Shown piece after piece: positions 24,290 through 35,996 of a stretch of 64,000 nucleotides of DNA (position 1 is the first letter of the stretch; every line of letters starts with the position of its first letter). The position numbers were made by a program, and so were the translations under genes. The stretch is from the NCBI RefSeq assembly GCF_018977255.1, contig NW_024704743.1, forward strand, positions 101,496,001 to 101,560,000, written 5' to 3'. Under the pieces are notes generated by a model that saw only the letters and a program-made list of their open reading frames with translations, searched no databases and was not told the origin of the DNA. This DNA comes from Callorhinchus milii (lineage: Eukaryota).

Positions 24290-24680
24290 CAGCTGGGGGG
24301 AGTGGGAGGTGACCATAGGCAAGCTCGAAGGGGAAGGTCTTCAAGTGCAACCTGAAGATGGGGAAGGAAAGGGCAATCCGGTGGGATGGAGGAAGGATAT
24401 TCCTGAATTTCAGATCTTCTGTGTGTCCCTTGACTCTTCCGCTCCACCATTGGCGGCTATGCCTTCAGCCACTACGCTCCAAATCTCTGAAACTTGCCTC
24501 AATCCCTCTATCATGCCCCCACTTTACTTGTCTTCGGATCACACCTAAACACTTTCTTCTCATCCATGTCTATAGTCACCTCTCCTATCTCCCCTGCTCA
24601 GCATCAAGCTATGCCATTAGTTCAGTGCTCTGAGAATCTACCCCACGTGAAGGGCGCTACATAAATACAAGCTTTTATTT
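24290..24680. mobile_element. Two L2 3' fragments head-to-head (- at ~24290-24410, + at ~24415-24680)
   Basis: The first part is the reverse complement of ~23790-23905; the second ends in gtgaagggcgctacataaatacaag. Confidence 0.7.
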
Positions 24681-26213
24681 ATCCAGAAGCATGACTGGAG
24701 GTTACTGTTCTTTTTAAATTTGAAAAATAAAGTAAGTTTATGTTTTGGGGCACTCAATTGAAACTCTTGTAAGAGTCTTTATGAAAGAGTCAGTTGAATT
24801 CACTGACTGTTTAATAATATTTTAAAAGTTGTGAAGGTGGAAGATTTTGACAGGATCTGCAATGTCTTAGTGGGTTCTCGGAGCTCCAAACTGTTTTGGG
24901 GAGCTCTAGATTAAATTCTAGACTGGTTTGAAGTCACTGGAGTCATCTGGTGCAGTGTAGTCAGGTTAGGCAGAACTGAGCAGCCAAGTGTTGAGACTGA
25001 GTCAGCAAATTTCCTCACTCCTCTGCATACTGAGTCAGTACAACGCAAGGCCACTTCCAGTAAACAAGTGAACCTGATAAACACTCCCAAGAACTTTTGG
25101 AGTGGGAGGAGGGTGAGCCGTGCCAAATAATAAGCACTTGTAGCCAGGTAACCGGGCTTGAGTGTTTAAACATGGACAGGCATGTTAAAAACGGCACATC
25201 ATATCCACCCAAAATGGAATCAGGAGCAGGGAAGCACAGAATGGTTTACGGCAATAAATCAACCAATAAAAGTCATTACATCAAAGGAAAAACATAGCGC
25301 ATGTTTTTGACTGCTCACTCTCAATATTCATATTGGAATTTATCACTCACTCATTGATATAGTTGAATGACCAGTGAGTGACTGTCCTCTGGAGGGGGTG
25401 AGAAGGTAAAGCACTGTTCATGATACCAAGGCAGCCTGCCTCATGAGCAGAACTCTAAGGGGCAGATCAGCTCATGGGGGGAGAGGGTCGGGATTCTTCC
25501 CACATGGCTCATGTTAACCCTACAGACCAAAGCCATAATGAGTAGGCTGGTCTTAGATGGCCAAGCATAGAGAAACTTGCCTGTCAGTGCTCTCACTGGC
25601 AAGCTATGTGGTTTTAGCTGCTTAAGCTACACGAGTACCTCAGTACACATGTTGGGTGGGATCTCCGTGCCCTGACTCCTGCAAATCTGCATCAATTATT
25701 TTTCTAGAACAGGGTGCTTCCCCCCCAGGGAGAGAGTGTACATTATATTCCAGACATATTCCAGACTATTGATGGCATTCATGTGCATAACTTTGATTCT
25801 AGTTTGGATACTCTTCAAACCAGTGATGGGTTTACACATATGTCAGACATCTATACAAAATCGCACATTGATTGATAAAAGTAACAATAATTTGTGTTTA
25901 CTTGTTTAAAATGGCTTGAAAGGAACACTAGTTTAGCGATTATCTAAAAACCCTACCGTCACGCATGATAGAAGTATATGAATGTTTTATCTAGTGCCTA
26001 TTTACAAATGGTCAGTGAACCGCAACTGATATGAGAGCACAGGTTCCATTCTGAACTTAGGTGTGAATTATTCAATTGTTCAGCCCCAGTAACTGTAGTA
26101 TTGTGACCTCCACAAGATTGTGCCAAAATTCAAATAACTGATGTAATCTGTTTAAATTATTACACCCTAACAACGATTCTGCTCTCTATTTTTTATAAAA
26201 TCCACTACCCTTT

Positions 26214-26528
26214 GTGGAGTCCAGTAGCTCAGTGGTTAGAGCACTCGCTTTGCAAGCGAGAGACCTGAGTTCAATTCCAGGCCGGGCGAAACCTTGGGCA
26301 AGTTTCCTTACTCCACACGTCTAATAATAATCCCTCCAAAAAACAAAACAATAATAAATTGGTCATTTTCAATCCACGACTGTTTGTGGAACATTGCTGT
26401 GCGCAATTGGCTGCTGCGTTCGCCCACAAATATACAGTCAATTCACTTTACAGTGTGTTCTGTGAAGCGCTTTGGGACGTCCTCCCGAGGTGAAAAGTGC
26501 CATATCAAATGCAAGGATTATTATTATT
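26214..26528 (+). mobile_element. Full-length tRNA(Ala)-derived Deu-domain SINE, short subfamily
   Basis: A box TAGCTCAGTGG, anticodon arm CTCGC-TTTGCAA-GCGAG, B box GAGTTCAATTCC, Deu core, L2-like tail and (TTA)n. Confidence 0.95.
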
Positions 26529-27944
26529 TATAGTAATTGTGAAGCGATTTGATACATCCTCCCGACTGGAAAGGCACTATATGAGAAGCAAGAATTATTC
26601 ATTATTATTAGTTTATTACAGCCTCTGCAAAAATTTTATTTACCTTTTCATATTTTTTCCCTATGAAAGAAATGTTTACACCTCCCCCTTTCTCTGTTGA
26701 ATTCCACATTGCTCCTTGTTAAAATGTATTTAATTCTGCTCCTAACCTTTTCCTACTTATCTTGAGGCCACTTGACATCATAGCCTTTATAATAATAAAT
26801 TTGAACCAAAATTAAGGACAACAATAAGAGGCTTCCATTTAGTATGTTTCGCAGCTTACAATTAGGTCTTTCTGCAATGGATTGTATTAAATTTAAAAAC
26901 AGAAGAGATAAGTGACTGATAAGTACAGAGTTGATAAGTACTATCCACTTGAGTTTCCAGATAAAAACATTTATCTTTCCAGTATTCTCGATAGCTATTG
27001 CTTTTGGAAGGCACTTTAAACTGCACACAGAAATACTGTAAAATAACATTTATGTTGATGGCAGTACCGGATATAGTCAATAAATAAAACTTGCTTTAAA
27101 TTGGCTAGATGAAGTTTCAAATCATGAAGTTTATAAAATAGTTTTTGATTGATGAGATTAAGATAGCTCTTTATCTGGTTCCATTCATATACTTTGGTAT
27201 CTGCCATCTGTTTCTATACTCGGAAATCTCCCAACTAAATTGGATAAGGCTGAAAATGAGGTTCCTTTTTGCGAAGTGCATGTGCAGTGAATTCAATTTG
27301 TGAAGTGAAGCAGATTGTGGTTTGCTACTGGTTTGCTATTATGTTTGTTTCTAAACTAAATATAATAATATTTCTCCTTGCATTTGATCAGCACCTTTCA
27401 TGTCAGGAGGACTTCTCAAATGCTTCACAGGATTTATTGTAAATTGGACCAACTTTGTACTTTATAAATGAAATATAAACACAAATGTATTATTCATAAA
27501 ATGTATTATTTGAGTTGTGTTAAACCACTATTTCTTTACCCGTAAGGTAAAGATTGGAAGAAATTGCCAGGAAGGGTGGTTGAAGCCAGCATGATAGACT
27601 CACTTTTTAAAAAGCGTGTTGTGATGGCAGAATGGTAAGGTCGGTTTTCTGGAAGCATGAGATCAGATAGGCCAAAAGGTCTCCTCCACCTTAGCCTCTC
27701 TGGTGTGATCTTGTGATGTGGAACATGTGTACAGATTTATTTGTGGTCATCCGGGTATCCCAACACATGACACAACTGCCTTTAACACATACAGGAACCA
27801 GTCATCGTTAGTTAACATTAGGTCGCTAATTTCATCAATGCATTAACACTGCAAATGCTAATTAGCACATCAAATATTGCAAATTTAACCTAATATTTCT
27901 CATTTATAACATTTTAAAACAAAGTATACAATCGGTTTCTGTAC

Positions 27945-28007
27945 TTCTTTCCTTCTGTGTCATCAGTTGTTCTCCATCATAATGACCATATACCTCCAAT
28001 TTCAGTT
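27945..28007 (-). CDS. Tentative exon (LKLEVYGHYDGEQLMTQKER)
   Basis: Open protein-like frame; splice sites are weak (ccgtaaag| and A|gtacag). Confidence 0.3.
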
Positions 28008-28349
28008 CTTTACGGAATGAGTAACAGCATTAATTATATGACTGTCTCCCTCTGCTGGATACACACAACATTACATATGAAAGTTTGAATATTATGTGTA
28101 CCTTTAAAAACCAAGTTGTAATTTTATAGTGCCTCATCACATCAAAACATCTCAAAAGTGATATGTCATATATGAGTGACAGCCTGGCTCAGTTGGTAGT
28201 ACTTTTGCCTACCGAGTCAATGGCTCAATAATAATATAATAATCTTTGCATTTCATATAGAGACTTAGCGCTTTGGGATGTCCTCCCGACGTGAAAAGCG
28301 CTATATCAAATGCAAGGATTATTATTATTATTATTATTATTATTATCAT

Positions 28350-28660
28350 GCCTTCAAGACGTCTCAAAGCGCTTCCCAAAACATACTGTAAAGTGAATTG
28401 ACTGTTCATTTTGTGAGTGAAACATGGCAGCCAATTGCACACAGCAGTGTCCCACAAACAGTTGTGGATTGAGTGACCAAATTATTATTTTTTGAAGGGA
28501 TTATTACCTCCGGTAAAGCGATCCGCCAATCGACTAACAGGTTCCTATTTACTGCTGGTAAATAGAGACGTGTGGAGTAAGGAAATTTGCCCAATGTTTC
28601 GCCCTGCTCGGGAATCAAACCCAGGTCTTCTCACGTGTGAGGCGAGTGCTCTAACCACTA
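28350..28660 (-). mobile_element. tRNA-derived Deu SINE, long subfamily
   Basis: tRNA-like head, an extra internal segment (tttaccagcagtaaataggaacc..gtcgattggcggat) and Deu core. Confidence 0.9.
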
Positions 28661-29029
28661 AGAGTGCTCTAACCATCCCCGTGTTAGGACGTGAAACTCA
28701 CACAGTCTTGGCTGATACTACAGTGAGATGGTGTTGCGCTCCACAACGCTGCCCCACGTGAAGTGCGCTATATAAATGTCAGTTGCTGTTATCGTTGGAG
28801 AAACCGTCCCATGAATGAGATATTATTAAACCAACCCCATCTGCCTGCTCAGGTAGACCGTAAAGATTCCATGGCAATATTCGAAAAGAGAAAGGATATT
28901 CTCCCGGTGTCTTGGTCAACATTTCTCCAGATAAAATTTATTTCATGCTGTTTGTTATTTTCATGCTGTTTGCTGTACATAAATTGACTGCCACTTTTGG
29001 CTACAAATAGACAATCAGTACACTTTCAC

Positions 29030-30138
29030 ACCGCCTCCACTTCGGCACAGCAAACAGCTTCTCCTCCAGCCCCCGCACCTTCTCGTGCGGCATTCCTCAG
29101 GGCTCTGTCCTCGGTCCCCTCCTCTTCACCTCCTTGGTGACATCATCAGCAGACATGGGGTAAATTTCCACATGTATGCGGATGACACCCAACTCTATCT
29201 CTCTGCCTCCATCCTCAACTCCAGGACTACTGGCGTCCTGACCGACTGCCTGTCCGACATCAAGTCTTGGACGAGGGACAACTTTCTCCAACTCAACATC
29301 AGCAAGAACGAGGCCCTCCTGATTGGCTCACGCCAGCATCTCCCCACCTCAGGCACTGGTAGCATCAGCCTCCACGGCTGCACACTCAACCTCACTAAGC
29401 CAGTCAGGAACCTGGGTATCTTGTTTGATCCTGAACTGTCCTTTCTCCCCCACACCGCGCCATGACCAGCACTGCCTACCACCACCCCCACAACATTGCC
29501 TGACTCCGCCACTGCCTCACCCCTCAGGCTTCCGAAACCCTCACCCACGCATTCATCACTTCAAGGCTCGATTACGGACACTCCCTCCTCATCGGCCCTC
29601 CCAACTCTTCCCTTCACAAGCTGCAGATCATCCAAAACTCTGCAGCTTGTGTACTCTCACGCACCAGGCTCCGTGACCCCATCACTCCCACCCTCACCTG
29701 ACTCCACTGGCTCCCCATCCCCCAGAGGATCGAGTTCAAGATCCTCGTCCTCACTTTCAAGGCCATCCATGGCCTTGCCCCCTCCTACCTCTCTGACCTA
29801 CGACTCCCTACCAACCTGCCCGCTCCCTCCGTTCAGCGGGCTCCGGTCTGCTCCATGTCTCCCACCCGACTCGCCCTACCTTCGGTGGCCGGGCTTTCAG
29901 CTTCTCTGCCCCCATACTCTGGAATGCCATATCACAGTCCCTTTGCCTCGCTTCCTCCCTTGCCTCCTTCAAGGCCGGTCTCAAGGCCCTTCTTTTCGAT
30001 TGTGCCTTTGGTCGCCCTCCCACCTCTCTGCCTTCCCCCCCTCCCCCATGCTCGGGCCCCGACCCCTGACTGTTCAGCGCTTTGGGATGTCCTCTTGACG
30101 TGAAAGTCGCTCTATAAATGTAATTTTGTTGTTGTTGT
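29030..30138 (+). mobile_element. L2 LINE 3' fragment
   Basis: [18 protein letters not shown]; typical tail and (TTG)n. Confidence 0.95.
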
Positions 30139-30416
30139 GCATTAAATTCTGCAAAGCTCTTTAAGACATTTGGCAATGTGATAAGGCTCTATATCAAATG
30201 CAAAGATCATTTCAGTCCTAATACTTTATGAGAAATGAATGTTGGTTACTTTACAATTCATCCTTGAACCAGGTGTTAGTACTATGAATAGACTGAAGTC
30301 AGCATGTTTCATGTAGATTGCGTGTACAGAACATCAAATTGCCTCTCTGCAATAATTGCCTATACCAGTAGTATCAGTTAAGTGTCTCCTGCCATTTACA
30401 ACCACTTTCACTTCAC

Positions 30417-30473
30417 CTCTGGCAGGCTTGTTCTTCCATATATATCTGGGTTTCTGTTCACAGTTTTGCTTGG
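30417..30473 (-). CDS. Tentative exon (KQNCEQKPRYIWKNKPAR or PSKTVNRNPDIYGRTSLPE)
   Basis: cttactcctcag| ... GAG|gtgaag; 57 nt, two frames open. Confidence 0.25.
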
Positions 30474-31147
30474 CTGAGGAGTAAGCTGGGATTTAATGTC
30501 AGTTATATCAAATGCAAAGATTCTTATATTACTATTATTTGACATAGCAGCTATAACACTGATATGTCTCACAGTGCTTCACAGGTAGTTACTGTCTAGC
30601 TCCACACACAGCAGTAAAAATAGTACTTGTGAATATTACTAAATTTCCACATTATGTAGACAGAAAAGGGAAGAGGAAGAACATTCCTAACTTTTAATTA
30701 TACTGTATATCTTAGTGCTTGATTTTCATTGCCACCCCTCCCTTTTACTTTCTTTCCCCTTATCTGTATCCATTCCCCTTACCTGTATTATCCATTAACA
30801 ATCATGATAGTATCCATTCAATTATGTGACTCATATCATGCATAAATTTATTACAAAGGTTAAACACTTGAATTGTTACTTTACATGACCTGATGTTTGT
30901 GATCAGTGTAAGCAGACATTACCCTGTGTGAAGGGTGCTATATAAATGCAAGTTGTTGTTGAGGTTTTTTTTAAAAAATACTTATTTGCTGATTTTCACT
31001 TGTAAGTTGTATGGTTTGTACAAAATGTAATATTTTCGAAAATAATTGCGCTAAATAGGAACGGAACAAGACAGCGCACATGGCTTTTCAGTCATGTTTG
31101 AATACCACCGTTATTCAGAAGTCAGAAAAGGGGAGTATTTTAAACAG

Positions 31148-31463
31148 AGGCGCCCTGGCCTGCTCCACGTCCCCCGACCGGCCCTGCCCCACCATCGACG
31201 CTCGGGCCTTCATCCTTTCTGCTCCCATCCTTTGGAACACCATACCACATTCCCTTCACCTCGCTCCCTCCCTTGCCTTCTTCAAGGCATGTCTCAAATC
31301 TCTCCTCTACCACCATGCCTTTGGTCACCCCCACTTCTCCCCCCCGCCATCCACCCTACCCAATCCCAACCCCCAACTAGGGTCTAAATCCCTGACTGGG
31401 AGGCACCTTGGGATGTCCTCCCGATATGAAAGGCACTATACAAATGTAATTTTGTATTGTATT
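31148..31463 (+). mobile_element. L2 3' fragment
   Basis: PTIDARAFILSAPILWN..SLAFFKACLKS; tail. Confidence 0.9.
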
Positions 31464-34194
31464 TAACCAATGGGCTGTTGGCCAGGAAACATGGAGAAAA
31501 TCCCTTCTCTTTTTAGGCAGCGTCACATCCCATTCAAAGGGCAGCAACTACAATGCAGCACACTCACAATATTACTTTGGGGTTTTAGCCTAGACAGTGA
31601 ACTCAAGTATACAGCAAATGGGGTGTGATATGTAACAAATATTACAATGTGTAGCCATTCCTGACCCCCCCCCCTTTGGGTTGGTTAGTTGAGTTGGGGA
31701 AAGGACATACTGTAGTTGTAGTGTAACATTGGTTAGGTCATGATGATCTTTGCAAGTCTCTCCATCCAAAACTACTTCTCTCCCTTTTCTGTTTCTATTT
31801 TTGTTTAATTGAATTTCACAGACAGAAGATATATTGTATAATGTAGCAAAACAAAACCCTCTAAGCAAATTTACTGTGCTTTAAGATACATGAAAAATGT
31901 AGGGTTTTGTGTGACTGTATCTTTTTTTTATACTTAATAAGAACTAGCAGTTCTTCAATGGAAAAGAATGCTGGGAATTGCCTAACAGATGACCATGGGG
32001 GAGTAATCCTAGCTATAATTGTTCAAGGAATGTCTGCCATTCAAGGACAACTTCCATTCTGCATTCAAACTCTTGCCCTGTACATTAAAGCACATAATCA
32101 GTGCCAAGAACTTCAAAACATTTCCATTTGTATTTGTGCTTTGGGACAATTCACTGCATTACATTGGCCACAAGGTAATTTGTGCACTGAATGACTAACA
32201 CATAATGTTTGGCAAATTCATTGCGATCTTGGCCCTAGACTCTGTTATTTGCCTGACTTGTGAGTCAGGGTATAGCCACTGAATAACTCAGGTTTGAGCT
32301 GTTGACAAATTCCTGGAGTTGGAATCCAGAGCGGTTCTGAGGGTATCAGAGGGGAAGCAGGTTTTTGTTACATGGAATAATGCCAGAATAGTGAGATGGT
32401 AGAAACTAGGGAACCTTCAGAATGTAACCACAAATACTAAAAGATCACGTCGGCTTAAAGAAATCCCACCTGGGTCCAGATTTGCTCTATTTATGTAGTA
32501 CTTATGATGATTTATTCATAATTCACACGTGAAGGAGAAGCGAATAGTGAGTGGGCTATGATTGAAGGGATCAAGAGGGGTGAAGGTTCATGTGGAATAT
32601 TGTATAAACACCTCATTAATTAAGGTGAATGGCCTGTTTCCATCTTGTAACATTCTCTTATCATTTATTTCACAGCAAGAATTGTTACATAATAATTATT
32701 TTTATTGTTGAAATTAGATTGCAACATAGTTCAAAATTACTGTTTTGACATAGTAAGCCACTCACTCGCCATTTTAATTGTTTTCTTGTTGTGCTTTGTA
32801 TTCCTGCCTACACTAGCATGCCAGGCATTTTAAATTTTAAGTTTATTTAACATTGATTTCTTAATGGCAATGCTTTTTAATGGATAAGATTACTATGATT
32901 AATTGGCAACAGAAAAATGGTGGTAAAATTCTACCCGAATCCAGATTTACTGTATTAACATAGCATTTCAGAGGAGCCAGAATTTGGCATATTGTTGAAT
33001 TCAGTCTGAACTTTGAAGTGTGTTTTCACCTGATTCAATATTAAGCTCTATTTTAGGAATTGTCAAATACTAGTCTGTCTGAAATGCTGGATTAATAATT
33101 TCTTCAAAAAAAAATAATAAATAAATAAATTGGTTATTCAATCCACAACTGATTGTTGGACACTGGTGTGTGCAATTGGCTCTAACCACTAAGCTATAGG
33201 ACTCCCCGTGTAAGTAGTAATTGTGTAGTAATTGTTTCTGAAAAGTTTTGATAATTTTACACAACAGATGAAATAAGTCAGCAATGGTATCAAACCGGAA
33301 CCCAGGGAAGGATGGTGACTATAAGAAGCACATAAAGCAGGTTTAGTTCCCTTTGTTGCTCTGCATTTGATGATCTTATCCAGAGAGACAGGAGAGACAT
33401 TACACTTGGCCTAGTTGCTCTGGGCTGGAGAAGGGAAGAAATCAACCAGGGTTCCTAATAATGATTGCTACCCAGTGACTGTATTTGCCATAAATTACCT
33501 GTAAAGCAAGTTGAGACGTCTTGACTTTGTAAAGCACTATAAAAATGCTTTTGGAATTAACACATGATAGAATCCAGTGTCTCCTTTTTTCTTTGCATAT
33601 TTGCTGATATCACACCGGAATACAGTATATCTTGTGACGTACTTTGAGATGTCTTGATGAAGCGTTAAAGCGCTATGTCAAATGCAAGGATCATTATTTC
33701 ATATGATAAAATCCTAAATACAAATATTAAAAGTTGTTATTTATTTTGTTGCTTATGAAGCTTGATCTCAAAAGCATCAGTAACATGTTAAATATCCCCA
33801 ATGCTTTTCTGGGATCCATATGAGAATTTTTCTGTCAAGGTTACTGAAGTTTGAAATATTCTTTATTTTCCCTCTTCAGTGTTGCAATATTTTGATACTA
33901 AATAAATGCAAATTTTATAGTGTTATGTAATGTTATTTTATTCTGATTCTCTGGAACCAATGGTAAAACAAATCAAACAAAAAAAAAAGTTTGAAGCTGA
34001 ATATTTGCTCGAAAGCACAAAAAGGGCTATTTATAATGCAAAATAAAGCAGGTGAAACAGTAGAACAGCAGTTGTACGATACAAATGACACCAACTTGGT
34101 GGCACCAGAGCCAGCACACTCAAAAAAACATAGTTTGACCTTGTAACTGACTGCGATGTAATGCAGCAGAGCAGATTGACTTTTCTTCAGGTTA

Positions 34195-34390
34195 TAATAA
34201 TAATAATAATAATAATAATCCTTGCATTTGATATAGCGCTTTCACGTCTTGAAGACGTCCCAAAGCGCTTCACAGAACACACTGTAAAGTGAATTGACTG
34301 TATATTTGTGGGCGAACGCGGCAGCCAATTGCGCACAGCAGAGTCCCACAAACAGTCGTGGATTCAATGACCAAATTATTATTATTTTTT
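34195..34390 (-). mobile_element. Young 5'-truncated Deu SINE
   Basis: Long (TTA)n tail and a CpG-intact Deu core. Confidence 0.9.
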
Positions 34391-34922
34391 GAATAAATTA
34401 CTATCCCCAGAAATAGAATTAGAAAATAATCGCAGACAACAAGTTAGAATGTAGGAATCCAAACAATCAGGGTCTGTGGGTGTGAACCTGAGCTTTTCAT
34501 AGAATCAATTTGTATGGACTATTAAAAAAAATTAAATTCTAATAATAAAGTAGCGACAGATTCAATAAAGCAGCATCATGTGATTCAGTCCCGTGAACAA
34601 TAATTTGAGTCGACATGGGCATGTTACTCTACAGTTGCGTCCGGTTGCTCAGATCCTGTTTTCCAGAACTTTCTGAGATCATTACTGCAATGATGCAAAT
34701 AGAACCATAGCAACGTATTTTAATCTCAAGTGTATTTACTGGGCCTTATACTAAGCAAACTCCATTTACATATATTGCATTAATATTATAGATTGAATAT
34801 ATAGTTACAACAAAATAAGAGATTAAATCCAGTAAGAAACAAATAAAATTACCCTGTTAACTTTGGAGGAAAGAATAAGGTTCACTATCATCCTGAAAAT
34901 TCCTGATTGCATACCTACCTAC

Positions 34923-35022
34923 CAGTGTTTAAGAGGTTAGAATACTGCACCCAAGAGTAAACATTACACAATATTAAAAATGATCTAATCTTCTTTTGGC
35001 AGTCTTCTTTATCCAAATTCAC
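34923..35022 (-). CDS. Tentative exon beginning VNLDKEDCQKKIRSFL
   Basis: Good acceptor (T-run + cag|GTG); a single open frame to G|gtaggt. The 3' boundary is uncertain. Confidence 0.35.
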
Positions 35023-35139
35023 CTGAAAAAAATCCAAATTAATTTGGATATTCATCTCACTCTTGCAGGGTTATTGGCACAGATAGGCTGTTGTGTTTTC
35101 CAATGTACCAATAATTTATATTAAGTCTAAGTTTACTTG

Positions 35140-35903
35140 GATGCCGATCACCCCAGTCCTCCCCAGGATCTACTGGTTCCCAATTGATCGACTTCAAGGC
35201 TCACACCTATAAAACTCTTAACACCCTAGTACCTCCCTGTCTCTGTGATCTCTGTTACCCCACTCTACAGCTCGCCACCTCGGCTCGGCTAACTGCTGTG
35301 CAGCTCTACCCCCTCTGTGCCACCATCAATGGCCAAGCCTTCAGCAATTATACCCCTAACTGCTGCAACTTTCCTTCTACCATGCCCTCTCTCTGTCTTC
35401 AAATCCCACTTACAAATCGACCTCTTTGACTGTCCGTCCCAATGGTCCCTCCCACTTCCTCGTCTTCAATGTCCGACTTTGACCTTGTGAAGCGCTCCAA
35501 AACATGTGAAGGCCACTATATAAATGCTTGTTGCTGGTACTATCATTTATTTATTCCTAATTCTTCCCTTCACAAGCTGCAGATCATCCAAAACTCCAAA
35601 GCTCCATGTCTCCCACCCGACCTGCCCTACCATCGGCGGCCAGGCTTTCAGCCTCTCTGCCCCCACACTCTGGAACTCCACCCCACAGTCCCTTCACCTC
35701 ACTTCCTTCTTTGCCTCCTTCAAGGCCGGTCTCAAGACCCTCCTCTTCGATCGTGCCTTCAGTCACCTTCCCACCTCTCTGCCTTCCCTCAACCCTACCC
35801 CCCCCTCCCCCATGCTCGGGTCCTGACCCCTGATTGTTCAGCCCTTTGGAATGTCCTCCTGACATGAAAGGTGCTCTATGAATGTAATTTTGTTGTTGTT
35901 GTT
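35140..35903 (+). mobile_element. Two tandem L2 3' fragments (old ~35140-35535; younger, internally deleted ~35555-35903)
   Basis: ITPVLP..WFP..FK and PTIGGQAFSLSAPTLWN motifs; two tails. Confidence 0.85.
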
Positions 35904-35996
35904 GATAAGAGTCAGTCCTTCCCCTCCCCGCCGTTGCTATTTCAAAGAAAAGAGGATTTTTTCCCACAATTATCCTGACTTATATTCCTTCCAAAT

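Noticed and set aside
26214..26290. tRNA-Ala gene (also 46439, 61636, 63000-63076)
   Set aside because: tRNA-like heads continue into the Deu core and LINE tail in multiple copies, so they are SINEs.
27016..27207. ORF MADTKVYEWNQIKSYL..
   Set aside because: Short AT-rich ORF without convincing splice sites or a recognisable motif.
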